A DNA stretch of 64,000 nt, taken from Lytechinus pictus (lineage: Eukaryota). Below the pieces are notes generated by a model that was not told where the DNA came from, searched no databases, and was given only the letters and a program-made list of their open reading frames with translations. Numbering within the stretch: position 1 is the first letter of the stretch; each line of letters opens with the position of its first letter. The stretch covers positions 9,178,001-9,242,000 of the forward strand of contig NC_087249.1 in the NCBI RefSeq assembly GCF_037042905.1, read 5' to 3'. The translations under genes were made by a program, and so were the position numbers. Shown here piece by piece: positions 13,771 through 26,207 of this stretch.

Positions 13771-15382
13771 CTTTATTACACACACACCGCCAAAAATGGC
13801 CGGTGCCCCCCCCCCCCCTGAAAAAGCAAGGACCCCCCATTGCTCCCCCCCCCCCCCCGGGGAGGAAAATCCTAGCTACGCCACTGTCTATGAAGGTCCG
13901 AAAACGCTGGAAATTAAAAGCAATGTTAACGTGAATTTTTGTTGCACGTGGTCGTAACATGAAGCTATTACGTAATAGCTGGTCGTATCATGCATGCACT
14001 GTACTGCGTGCCCGTGTGTATAACGTATTTCGATATGGCTGTTGGTTGTGCGAAAGACGAAATCAGAGAGCAGGAAGTGGAAAGCGAACTACCCGATTTC
14101 GTTTTCGCTGTCTGCGTTTTTCCAAACAGAATCAGGGGGTAGAAAGCGTGTTCTGATTTTGTTTTTAATATATAACAAACACAGGTATAGAATGAGGTAT
14201 CAGAGAGGACCAAAAGTATTTCTGATTTCATTCTTCTGTTTTTGATCTCCAAAAATGAAATCACAACGGGGCTTTTCTCGTTGGGATTTAGTTTTTGTGT
14301 TTCCAAAGACCAATCCATGAGGTTGACTTCCGTTTTTGCTCTACGAAAATCAGGAATGAAAAACAAATTATCCATTAGTACCCTGATTGTAATACTATAG
14401 TTTCATGGAAAATTCGTCCATAGATAGATGGACCATCCATATAGTAAATCATCAATCACATACAGATCTCAGGAGAGATGAAAAAAATTGAATACAAGGG
14501 GGGGGAGTATAGTCTCACAGGACACGACACCACTCTAAATTTCATACGCTGAAAATGAATTGGCTGTGAATTGAACATTGGATTTAAATTAAAATCTTTA
14601 AAAAAAAACCCATAGTTATTGACATCCTTTGAGATTTAAAAGTAAATCTTTATAAATACAAGTCTACATTGGTCATTATACACAGCTGACATACATGTAC
14701 CCAAATGTGGGTGGATGGTCAAGTGTATAAGATTTTTAATGATCTAAATCAAGATGTAATTGTAAATAGAGGGAAAGATGAAAAACACAAATAATTTTTT
14801 TATCTTCTTTCATTTTTACCTCTTATTTTGTAATATGATTAATTGAACAGGGGAAAATTGTACTGTTAATGGAATATGTGTATAGAGTGTCAAAAACATT
14901 GCAGATGTACGAGATGTATTTCGTTGCTAAGCAACAACAGGCTGTTTGCCACAATCAGATTCTTTAAATTATTGATACAAATGTTTTTTGGTTCTACAGT
15001 TGTGTAGACAAGTAATGAAATTATTATACAATATATGATTAATCAATTGCATATGGACATATCGTGACAGCATGACAAAGAGATAATGATATGAGTTTTT
15101 TTTCCTGTGCAATTGAAATAATAATAATAATAATGTTCCCTTCTTTGCAAAGGTGGAACAGTTTTATTCAGCACAAGTGAACGACATACGAGATGGTACA
15201 ACACTTTGACGCACCTATCTAAATAGCTCCACTCAATAAATCAGAGCGAGCAATAATTTGCAAGAAAAAATATGTAAAATCATTTCAACAAGAACAAACC
15301 AAATACACAGAAGACAGATCAAAGGAGAGGACCGGGAGAGGATCACTTGGTGCCAATAATTACAAGTCTATTGTATGAGACA

Positions 15383-15871
15383 GAGCCGTCTTACAAAGAC
15401 TTACGATTGATCCAATCAATCTCAACTGAATGGAAATCCATCCATACCAGCATTTTTTTCTCCAGGAAAATTGAACAATCTCCTCAGTAAACAAAGAGAA
15501 TCACACTGAATCTTCAAGAGAATAATGAATGTATGAATAGGGCCTATACATATCTCGAAATTAGTTTGAACAAAACATGCAATTTGGATGTTGACGTCTT
15601 TGGCCGTCCATAGTTGTTGCGATTGATGCCATCAGCCACAACTATGGAAAGCCTGCAATTTCATTATCAAATCAAACTGTATGTTTGTTCAAAATGTTTT
15701 CTAGATACAAGGAATATTCATACTTTCATCATTTCCTTGACAATTAATTACGTTCCTCTTTGTTTATAAAAGGACATTGTGCAAATTTCCTGTGGAAAAA
15801 TTATGACATTGATGTATTTCCATATAAATGAGGTTAATTGGATCAATCATAACTCATTGTAAGACGGGACC
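15383..15871. mobile_element. Palindromic MITE
   Basis: Ends CCGTCTTACAAAGACTTACGATTGATCCAAT / ATTGGATCAATCATAACTCATTGTAAGACGG; the two halves are loosely inverted. Confidence 0.6.
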
Positions 15872-17389
15872 TTGGAAAGTAAAAACTTTAATTTCATATA
15901 CGTGTATCTGGCCATAAACCATGGCAGCAATCTAAACATAGATTCAACTACAATTGAAACCATGGATTTATCTGCTGTTCAATCCATGGATTAAAATGCT
16001 TTAAATTCTTGAAAACATGGCTCAGGATATCAGGAACAAGGACTTTGATTTCCTTTTAAAGTGTTTTGTCCTAATGAGTGGACCCAGTGGGATGAGCAGG
16101 TGTCTCCTCAACCTAAATTGTTTCTGATCATTTCCAATCAAATTCCTAAAAATAGCGCAGACATTCTAATACCCCTGGTATTTGTGTCTGCCGTGCATGT
16201 TAGGGACCCTTGTTTGTGGTAATATCGGATTATACTGTGTATGATGTATGCCCAGGAGCTCAAGGGAAAATACCAGATCGGAAGGTTCATGTCGAGATCA
16301 TTTTTAATCCCTGTAGGTGCAATTAGTTTGTTGCATTCTACATCAGCCGCTCCTCATCCTGTTAAAGATATTGGCAAACATCATTAGATATCAAGGAAAA
16401 AACACATTTAGATACTCCACAAAGGCATATGTTAACATACATGTAGATAAATTATATGCAATTTAAGATATCTGAAAATCTTGTATCGTGATATCCATTT
16501 ATGTTAAAGTAACGAAATATCTGACTCTATATTTAAAAATCTGTTCTTACTACCAGTTCTTCTATGACGGTTTGTTACTTTTTCATAAATCAGTATTAAT
16601 GAAAATTTAGGTACCTGTATCCAGAAACAAGTTAAAAAATCAATCTAACCAATCAAAATGTCATAAATTTTAATTATAGATGGATTTTTTTTTTTTTTGG
16701 GGGGGGGGTTAAAAAAACTTCTTAACATCTGAGCCAATGTTTGTTGGTGGATATGAATTACCTTTTCTGGCAAGAAAAAAATCAATCTGATGCTTTTTAA
16801 AGGTGATTTTGTTCAGGGTTAATGTACAAAGTGTCAGTTATGAACAAGGTAGTTAATAACGTTGGTGAATTACTGAAAAAATCTTTGTAAAGGTCAATTC
16901 AAATTACATCAAAAACAAGCTATGATAACAAAATATTTGATGCTAATAGTTTTCAAGATTCTGATTTCATATTTGAGAACATATTTTCCCAATTGAAATT
17001 ATGAGATTATTTTTTTAATTGAGATGTTTACTTTTTGACTTGGCATGCAGGGGGGGGGGTGATCAGAATCAGTTTTGTCATTCTCTTTAATACAGACTAC
17101 TAGAGCATGTTGTGCCTTTCTGAATCTCCTTTTCACAAATCATATTTATAAATCTATTGTGCTAAATAATTTGATCAACATGGAATATTGCACTATAAAA
17201 ATATCTATATCATTAGCAATAAATATTGCAGTTTTATCCAACTTCTAAGCTTACAAACTCAAGTGATTTTTTTTTCATCCCCTGATTTTTTATTGTAACA
17301 TTTGACGATAATAAGCCCCCTCTTCTGGTTAACCTCTCTTACGGGCTCTTCAAACTCTATTTAAAAATAGCAAGGTTATTTTAACTGAT

Positions 17390-17602
17390 TTTTTGTCGTA
17401 ATCGATGTTACCATGGCAGCACAATTTCCAACACACACGAAAGATATGTCTTGCACATCTTTACCCCAAGACCAATATGTGTTCCAAATTTCATGAGAAT
17501 TGGTTAAAAATTGAGGAAGTACGACCTGCAAGATTTGTAACTGACCAACCATCCGCTGATTCCTATTACCCCTTCAACTTTGTTTGGCGGGGGTTTAAAA
17601 AT
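17390..17602 (+). mobile_element. HINE/DINE-like (Helentron-associated) element fragment, one core unit
   Basis: Homologous to the unit at 25690-26130, followed by the 3' stem-loop CCCC..TTCAACTTTGTTTGGCGGGGGT and an A-rich end. Confidence 0.55.
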
Positions 17603-17783
17603 GGAAGGAAAATACCAATTTACCCAACTATCAAGGTGGATTAAATATGCACATTAATTTTACCCACTGACCCCCTTTCAAGCAGAAATAATCTTTCTCT
17701 GCCTCTGAGCTGATTAAAGTTTGACAGGGTATTAAAGCAATTGATTTTTGAAAAGGGTATTAGACAAGCTCATTGGGAAAACA

Positions 17784-18222
17784 CTATTCTTTTCACACTG
17801 CATTTCCTTAACCCCGTACTATCCTTAACCCCGGACTATCCTTAAACCCATACTATCTTTTTGGGGTCTTTCTGAAATCTGAATGATGAATAATGATGAT
17901 TTTGTCACACAGTGCGTGATTAATGTGCAATTTCGACTTCTGTGATTGGCCAATGCTTAGCCCCACTTTTCCTTAGCCCAGTTTTGTTTCACACTGCATC
18001 TCTTAGCACCGCAATTGTGGTGATAACACCACAATAAGCCGGCTAACCCTGCTTTTTTGCAGGGCCAGATAGTACCGTGCTAGCCCACTTTGCTAAAACG
18101 TAGTGTGAAAGTGAAGTGGGCTAAGCTTAACCCCAGGAAATTGGTGGGGCTAACACCCCCCCCCCCCTATTAGCCCCACCAAATTCCCGGGGTTAAGAAA
18201 AAAAGTGCAGTGTGAAAAGCAT
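17784..18222. mobile_element. PIF/Harbinger-like MITE, diverged relative of 31361-32021
   Basis: TIR TATTCTTTTCACACTGCA / TGCAGTGTGAAAAGCATA; shares CCTTAACCCCGTACTA and GTGGGGCTAA motifs. Confidence 0.6.
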
Positions 18223-18689
18223 ACACTTTGATAAGAATATATTAGGTCACAGAAGATAGCATTTTAAGATCCGAGATACATGTATAGAAGTTCAAAAATT
18301 CCATTTAAGGATACCATTTTGATTACCTGGAAAGGTCTTTGGTGATGTTATCAAAGGCTAATAGAAATGGGGTAAAAAATAGGAAATATTATATGGAATT
18401 CATCGACCTTGACAGTGTTAGGTCTGAGGCAGAGACAATCTCTGAGAAGACACTGAGAAAATGAACAAAATGAAAGCGAAACAGAAAACAAGACTGAGAA
18501 AGTGATCTCCGAGACAGAGACCAAGACGGTCCTTGAGACCGAGACCGAATGAAAGCATATGATCCCTGAGACAGACTAAGAAAGAGACAGACAATTAATG
18601 CTCCCTGAGATCAAGACAATGACCTGTGAGAACAGACCCAGACAATGATCTCAGTGACAGAGACCTAAATAGAGAACAGGACAGAGAGA

Positions 18690-19443
18690 ATTATCTATTG
18701 CTCAGAAACCAACTCGCATATTTAATCGGCTGTGACCTTTGACCTGCGGACTCCGAATTCAAACTGAGCCTGTATTTTCGTGTCATCTACCTACACACCA
18801 AAAAATATTTTAATCCATTTAATATTTTTCGAGTTATTGCACGGAAACCAACTTGCATATTTAATGAGCTGTGACCTTTGACCTGCAGACTCCAAATTCA
18901 AACTTAGCCTGTATTTTGGTGTCATCTACCCACACACCAAATTTTTTTTAAATCCATTAAATATTTTTTTAGTTATTGCACGGAAACCAAGTGGGGGACG
19001 GACGGACAGGGGCAACCCCCTCCGGACTTCATCTGCGGCCCGGGGGGGGGGGGGGGCAGTCAAATATATTGCTGTACACACGCATGACCAAGGAATTTCC
19101 AAACACCCCCTAAACGAGTTTTTCTCTGTGTGCAAAATAACCCCCTAAACAAGTTTTTTGCGGGCTTTATTTACACATTTTGGCCCCTAAACAAGTTGTC
19201 GCCAAATATGACCTCGGGGAAAAAAACATACCCTAAACACGTTTGGCTAGTCTTAAAAAAAAAGCTTTGGGGAAAAAACATACCCTTAATACGTTTGACC
19301 CCGCGATTGACCATTGACCAGTCTTTCAAAACCACCCTTTTTCTTGAAAACTGAAAAACACCCCTTTAAACACGTTTTTTTGGCCACGCGTGTGTACAAC
19401 ATTATATTTGACTGGCCCCCCGGGATCTGCGGGGGCATACAAA
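18690..19443 (+). mobile_element. HINE/DINE-like element: two ~140-bp tandem units, (GGAC)n tract, terminal stem-loop
   Basis: GAAACCAACT(C/T)GCATATTTAAT...TGACCTTTGACC units at 18705 and 18844; GGACGGACGGACAG; stem-loop CCCCCTCCGGACTTCATCTGCGGGGG is restored when the nested MITE is removed. Confidence 0.65.
19039..19424. mobile_element. MITE with CCCGGG termini and 8-bp TSD
   Basis: TIR CCCGGGGG..CAGTCAAATATA..GTACACACGC / GCGTGTGTAC..TATATTTGACTGGCCCCCCGGG; TSD ATCTGCGG at 19031-19038 and 19425-19432. Confidence 0.85.
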
Positions 19444-19851
19444 TGATCACCGAGACCGAAATAATGATCTCTGAGACAGACTGTGACAACGATCACTGAG
19501 ACAAAGACCGAAAGAGAGAACGAGAAAGAGAAGCGATGCAGTGCTTTGATTGACAAGTCACCAAGGACACATACCGCCTTCGCTCAGGAATTCAAATTCA
19601 AATCAGTTTTCGATCAATTTCGAGTGAGCGTGTGAAAGGTCCGATGATTCTAGAGACAAATTGCAATCATCATTACAATGATGATTCAAGATTCACGTGT
19701 GAAAAGGCCCCAGTAAGACCGAGACAAAGAAAATGATCCATGAGATGGACACAAAGACTGAGACCATGATCCCTGTTTAGTGACAGTCCAAGACAATGAT
19801 CCTGAGTTAGACCAAGAAAATGATTCCAGATACAGAGACTGAAACAATCAA

Positions 19852-20252
19852 ACGTTTATTTCCAATTTGTCTAATGCCAATTCGTCCAAATGCCAACTCG
19901 TCTACTCCCATTTGGTCTATCATCAGTACGTCTATTCACAACATGGTCTACTTTCATTTAGTCTAATGCCATTCTGTCTAATAACCAGTTGGTCCAATAG
20001 CCATTCAATCCATATACCATTTGGTCTAATTAAACTTAAGTGTTAATTGTGCAAAATGAATGAAAAGAAAACGGGTATTAGACCAACTGGTTATTAGACG
20101 AAATGGTAATAGACGAAATGGTGATTAGACGAAGTGATAATTGGACCAAATGGTTGTTAGATGAAATGTTGGACAGAATGGCATTAGACTACATGAAGGT
20201 AGACCATGTGGTGAGTGGACAAGTTGGCAGTAAACGAATTGGCAATTTACCC
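19852..20252 (-). mobile_element. Non-autonomous TIR element built of short (~15-21-bp) internal repeats; copy of 40363-40770
   Basis: Ends GTTTATTTCCAATTTGTC / ACGAATTGGCAATTTACCC; flanks AATCAA / AACCAA (probable 6-bp TSD). Confidence 0.75.
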
Positions 20253-20838
20253 AACCAAAGACAATGATCCCCGAGATACCAAACCGAGACATACAATGAT
20301 CCATGAGACAGAGGCCAAGACAATGATCTCTCAGACAGAGACAGGGACTGATACAGTGACCAAAGACAAAAACAAAGACCATTATCCCGGACATAGAGAA
20401 AGAAACAGAGACAATGATCCCAAACAGTGAGGACTGAGACGGGGTTTCTTGAATCTCTAGATTAATCGCGAAGAGGGCCGATCGGGCTAAAATCTCGAGA
20501 TTGAGCAAACTCGGGCTGGTGCAGCACCGCCTAATGGCATCCAATAAAAAGAAAAGACAGAGACACTAAAATTTTAATAAACTCCTTGTTGGCTCTGAAT
20601 ATATTCTAAATCCCTTTAATCTCTCCCTCTATCCTTCTCTCTCTCTTCTTCATGTACCACTTCCGTCATTTCTTTCTTTCGTTCTTTCTCTACCACTCTC
20701 AGTCCCCCTCCATCTCTATCTTTCTCCCTCCCATATCTCTTTCTCCTATTTTTCCAGTCTCATTTTCCTCTCACTCGGCCCTTCCCTACCCTCTCTCACA
20801 CTCTCTCTTTCTTGATCTTAATGATAAAATGTCATTAT

Positions 20839-21106
20839 GGGCACGCCGTGGTCTAGTGGTTCTGACTCTTGCTTTTTAAACAGAGGGTCGTGGGTTCAAA
20901 TCCTAGCCATGGCGTGTTTTCCTTCAGCAAGAAATTTATCCACAATGTGCTGCACTCCATCCAGGTGAGGTGAATGGGTACCCGTCAGGATTATTTCCTT
21001 GAATGCACTGAGCGCCAGTGATGGTAGCTCGAGCTAAAGCCGGGGTAATAATAGCAGCGCTTTGTATCCTCAGGCAAAAAGCGCTTTGTAAATCCAGCTA
21101 TTATTT
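20839..21106 (+). mobile_element. tRNA-derived SINE with a different 3' tail
   Basis: A and B boxes and core shared with 757-1042; tail AGCGCTTTG...AAGCGCTTTGTAAATCCAGCTATTATT; possible TSD TCATTAT. Confidence 0.85.
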
Positions 21107-21766
21107 TCATTATTGTAACTCTGTGCTAAAATTATGGGAATTTTAAAATATCAAGTTTTTGTCTGATATTGATTTTGCTCTTTCCTCATGCTATAATCTG
21201 ATAAAATAATGATTTTCATTATCATTTCCTGAGAGTTTAAAAATGATTTAAGTGTCAAAAGGGGCGTCTGCACCAGCCCAAGTTTGTAGAGTCGCTCCGC
21301 TCATAACTGATGAACAGCATTATGAAAACCTACCTGTATTAAATGTAAATTATTCATATTAAAATAATTACTTTTCTTCATCTATAATGTAAGGTTTGAC
21401 CTATTGGTATTCAATAGTTTTAATGTTATATGTATATTCATTTCTACCATGTTTTTCATAATTGAGTCAATCAATCTAACTTTGTTCTGATTTCTTGCAA
21501 TATTGGTGAGATCTTATAAGGACAAATTGTATGAATAATTTTGATCAGGAGACTTGCTGAAAGAGTTGCATCTGATTGCATTTAATAAAAGTCAATTTCA
21601 GTTTCCATGAAAAGGGCTTATGATTGGTTGAAAATCAAATTGCAGTTGATGTTACAGAAATAGCTACAATAAAAAATAAATCTTTGTCATCTGTTATCTT
21701 TTGTTAACCAACAGAATTCTCACATTTCATGTAGGCCTGTCTACTGTTCTGCCTTCAGTTCTACAT

Positions 21767-22236
21767 TAGGTGGTTTCAAACCGCCTCGATCACAAGAATC
21801 CCCGTTAAATTACGAGAACTTTTTTAGGCTGAAAAATACCCATTAATTATTCCTGCATTCACACCGCCCTGAAACATACCCTTCGGGATAAGTTCCTGAA
21901 GTTACGAGCATGCGCCGTATGGTCTGATAAGCAGCAAGGCGCGAAATTCAAAATCACTAGCCCAATGCACGGCGCCGCACCCAACGACACGCTGGGCTAA
22001 AAGTTCCCGTAATTTGCTTTCAGACCGCCAAAATACCCACGACCTTGGAAAAATCCCCGCGAAAGTTCTCGTAATTTCGCCAAGTACCTACTATTTATCG
22101 GGTATTTTCTTTCGGGGATATTACGCGTAGTTTGCTTTCAGACCGCCAAAATACCTGGTATTTTCTGATCGGGGTAAATTTCCCGATCAGAGAATACCTG
22201 GAACTGACGAACTTCGAGGCGGTCTGAAACCACCTA
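21767..22236. mobile_element. PIF/Harbinger-like MITE
   Basis: 23-bp TIR TAGGTGGTTTCAAACCGCCTCGA / TCGAGGCGGTCTGAAACCACCTA. Confidence 0.75.
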
Positions 22237-23949
22237 GTGTATACAACTGAGTGGAACCTTTCCCCTTCCTCACAAATCTGTTGTCTTTTTTTTTCATTGA
22301 TAAATAATAGGATAACAGATTTTTAAAGGATGGGGAAAAATATCCTTCACAAAATCAAGCAGGCCAGTGATAGATTTCTTAAAATGCCCATTGTTACTCT
22401 ATATAGGAATCCACCGATTGTATACCAAATTGAAGCCTCGCTGTATCTCTGTAAGTCTGATTCCTATAGAAAGCAATTTCATCACATATGAAAATGTATT
22501 TTCCAGATACATTCATGTTCTGAATAAGAGTCAAAACTACTGAAGAACATGGCCCCTTTCCTATCTCTTGCTCTGGGACACGAAGAGTTCACTTCCCCAG
22601 TTTCCTGGTCGATGTGGACGTGATTTCCTGCAGGAAACCTCATCAAGGACACACAAAGAAATGGTTAGTGGCACAAAATACATCATCAAGAAAAGACCCA
22701 ACAACTTGTTACTCAAACAAGTAAAAAAAAAATCCCCCAAAGAGAAGAAAATGCCAAAAACAAGAGATAGTTTTGCACAAATTTTCCAGTGTACGCATTA
22801 AATATGATATAGAAAGGAATGGCGAACTGCTGGCGATAATCACGAGAGACTAGACCTGAAAATTGAAAGTAATATATAGAGTTATATAACTCCAGTAATA
22901 GTTGTCACAGAAAAAAATACATTTTAAGGACTGCTAATCAGTGGGGCCGGGAATAAGGTAAAATCTTAAATGTGTTCAAGAAGTTAGTAAAATAAAGCTT
23001 AACATATGTTTTCATACTCTGATATGTATTTTCATACTCCGTATTTTCCTACTCATTTTTTAAGGCAGCTGTCTTTGAAATCAAGGTAAAATGTCACCTA
23101 TCATGGTAGATCTAGATCTGGTTTATTTACATTTACATAAACCTAAATCTGTGAAACAATGAAATCAAAGCTGAACAAGTGGCATACCACAATATGTACA
23201 ATATTGTACTCCCAAATATGTACATGTAGGTAGACCGAGTGGAACATCAACTGAAAATGATCTTTCAGAGTCAAGAAAGAAGGGAATATTCTTCATTTTC
23301 TTGATAGTTTCCAACTTAATCAAAACAATGTCATGGAAATATGGAAAATAGATGGGCATTCAGTGGATGTGAAGATTGTGAAATGTGAAATTTCAGCAAC
23401 TTTTTTGGAAAAGGTTGTCAAAATAGGAAACCGTTTATGTTTTACTCAGCCCTATCAATAAAGACACGTTGATGGTCGCTATATCGGATTTCTTCGAATT
23501 CAACTTTAGATCATTACAAGAGGTATATTTGTTTTATTACACACTCTCTATCTTGTTATCTACCAAAGATTTGAAACAATTCTGATCAAATCCACTCAAA
23601 TGTACACATGTCTAAGTTAATAATCCAATTCATATTACCCTCTTTCCATTGTCTCTGAACTTTTTCACATGTAGATCTGCAGATCTATAGAGCAATAGGC
23701 GTGGGTTATATTGTTTATGTGCCCTTAAGCTGGATAAGATCCCATTACAAAATGGAAGAGATTGTCAATCCTTTTTTAATGAGACATTTCAAAGCAGGGC
23801 TGTTAAAACCTTTATCTAAATAAATAGATAAATGGATGGATGAATGAATGAATGAATAAATAAATAAATGAATGAATAAATTAATTAATTAATTAATAAA
23901 TAAATCAGGCAGTTCAGAAAAAAATCTGTTCAAAAACATGTTTTATTTG

Positions 23950-24527
23950 AGTCCACCCCAGAAAAATGATGATTTGAATAAATAGAGAAAAATCCAACGA
24001 GCAAAACGCTATAAATTTCATCAAAATCGGATGTAAAATAAGAAAGTTATGACATTTTAAAGTTTCGCTTATTTTTCACAAAATAGTTATATGCACATCT
24101 CAGTGACATGCAAATGAGACAGTCGATGATGTCCATCACTCACTATTTATTTTGTTTTTTATTGTTTGAATTATACAATATTTCATTTTTTACAGATTTG
24201 ACAATAAGGACCAACTTGACTGAACCATATAGTATTAAAACAATGCTAATTCCACATGTTCAGGGAGGAATTAATCTTTGTTTCACTTGACAATGAGAAA
24301 ATTCGAATATTTCATATAATGAAATGCAAAAGAAATAGTAAGTGGATGACGTCATCAGTCTCCTCATTTGCATACCGACCAGGAACTGTTTTGTGAAATT
24401 AAGAAAAACTTTAAAATGTCATAACTTTCATATTTTACATACGATTTTGATGAAATTTTCAGTGTTATGCTTGTTGGATTTTTCTCTATTTATTCAAATC
24501 AACTAATGGTTGGGATGGACTTGTCCT
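23950..24527. mobile_element. Kolobok-like TTAA MITE (family of 27267), left tip missing
   Basis: Near full-length similarity to 27267-27858; ends GGACTTGTCCT|TTAA. Confidence 0.8.
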
Positions 24528-24953
24528 TTAAAAGTATCAAACTGATTTCATCTGAAAACAGTCTCCTAATTCAAGCAGAGAACTTAGTTTCTTCACAAAA
24601 GAAGCACTGATGAGACACATGGAGTTTCCAGAGCCCACTGACGATTTGTGTTTATATTAAAATCTTGGTAGTTAAAAAGAGTCACTAGATGGGTGGATTA
24701 ATTAATACAGACTTCGTAGCACCAATAAATGTCAAAATCAGCTCGAGAAAAAGACAATTTTTCTCTCAGACGCATCAAAACTCTTATCATGATGGGTTTT
24801 TTTTTATTGCACAGCAATCTCTCAATGATATAAATGTACCCATAAACCCTGTAATAACTTTTGAAAACAAGTTTAGTCAAGGGTTATGGCAGTCTAGAAT
24901 ATCAAGTCTTCTACAATATGAAGTATAGACTGTAGAAACTAGGTTAGCACTAA

Positions 24954-25334
24954 TACCCCTTTCATAAACCCATCCTCCAATTAGCCGCCTAAGAGTAATG
25001 CGGATAATTCAATAAAAATTGCGTTCACAAACTCCGAAAATAATCCGCACTATTTTTACGAGCGCCCGTCCTGAAAAAGGCGGATAATCGTCATGGCAAC
25101 CGCACACACCCCCTCCGATGCAGTTGTGTTGGAAAAGGGTGACCTTGTGACCGCACCATGGCAATTATCCGCATTACTTTTGAAATGCGTTCATAAAGTC
25201 AAAATCTGGTCCCGATGCCGCTATTATGCGAATAATTGCAGCATCAAAATAATGCGGATAACTCTGGTCCTCCTCCGATTTTACGACCAAATTATGCTGC
25301 TATTAGCCGCATAATTGGGTTTATGAAAGGGGTA
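24954..25334. mobile_element. PIF/Harbinger-like MITE
   Basis: TIR TACCCCTTTCATAAACCC / GGGTTTATGAAAGGGGTA; flanks TAA / TCA; internal GCGGATAA repeats. Confidence 0.75.
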
Positions 25335-25640
25335 TCAAACCTATCAAGAGCTACATCAACTATTTCCTGTAAGCCAGGAAATTTGGTCATGCAAATAATT
25401 CAGTCAAAGAATGCATAACAATATAAATAAATATATGATATTGGATAAATTGTGCTATATTTCAGTATTTATTATTATACAGGGAAACAATTAAAGAGTA
25501 GATGAAAACATAATTCACATTCGAAAATCATGCATCAATCCAGAGATGATGATAATAATTAGTAATAATTAGTAATAATATTAGTAATGATAATAAAATA
25601 ATAATGATAATAATAATAACAATAATAATAATATAATAAT

Positions 25641-26207
25641 AATAACTAGAACTATCAATGAAGGTGATTAATACCCCGTTGTATACCATTACCATGACAA
25701 CAGTTTCCAACACATGAAAAAAATATGTCTTGCCTACAGTATATTTACCCCAAGACCAATATGTGAGCTAAATATCATGAGAATTGGTTAAAACTGATGA
25801 AGTAGTTCAAACTGCAAATTTTTAAAATACTTTTTGACATATAATGTTGTTCCCATGGCAACATGATTTCTGACACACACAAAATGTAGGCCTTGCACAT
25901 CTTCACCTCAAGACCAATGTGTGAGCCAAATTTCATGAGAATTGGGTGAAAACTGATGAAGTAGTTCTAACTGCAAGATTTTTACCATATTTTTGCCATA
26001 CTGTTCCCATGGCAACAAAATTTCTGACAAATGCTAAAAATGTGTCTTGCACATCTATACCCTAACACAAATAGGCGTTCCAAGTTTCATGAGAATTAGT
26101 TAAAAACTGAGGAAGTAGTTGCGCAAGATTAGCAACGGACTGACGACTGTACACTGATTCCTATATACCCCCTTCAAACTTTAATAGTTTGGCGGGAGTA
26201 TAATAAT
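25641..26207 (+). mobile_element. HINE/DINE-like element with three ~140-155-bp tandem units
   Basis: Starts AATAACTAGA after an (AAT)n tract; three CCATG(G/A)CAAC...TTTCATGAGAATTGG units; ACGGACTGACGAC; terminal stem-loop CCCCCTTCAAAC..GTTTGGCGGGAGTATAAT. Confidence 0.7.

Larger units (their letters stand above)
7948..14388. mobile_element. Non-autonomous foldback-type DNA transposon, ~6.4 kb, long TIRs, 6-bp TSD GTAATA (extra left end at 5457 from the duplication)
   Basis: Termini AATCAGGGTACTAATGGATAAT...ATTATCCATTAGTACCCTGATT. GTAATA at 7942-7947 (also 5451-5456) and 14389-14394. ~580-630-bp outer TIR followed by inverted arrays of a 193-bp unit. No long ORF. Confidence 0.85.
18425..20440 (+). 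repeat. Degenerate ~27-bp minisatellite (GAGACAGAGACCAAGACAATGATCCCT-like), interrupted by nested insertions
   Basis: Motif recurs at 18425-18690, 19440-19520, 19715-19850 and 20253-20440. Confidence 0.7.

Noticed and set aside
5460..14385. Reading the large element as hAT with CAGGG...CCCTG ends
   Set aside because: The 8-bp flanks (TAATAAAT vs ATTGTAAT) do not match, whereas AATC...GATT ends give a perfect 6-bp TSD.
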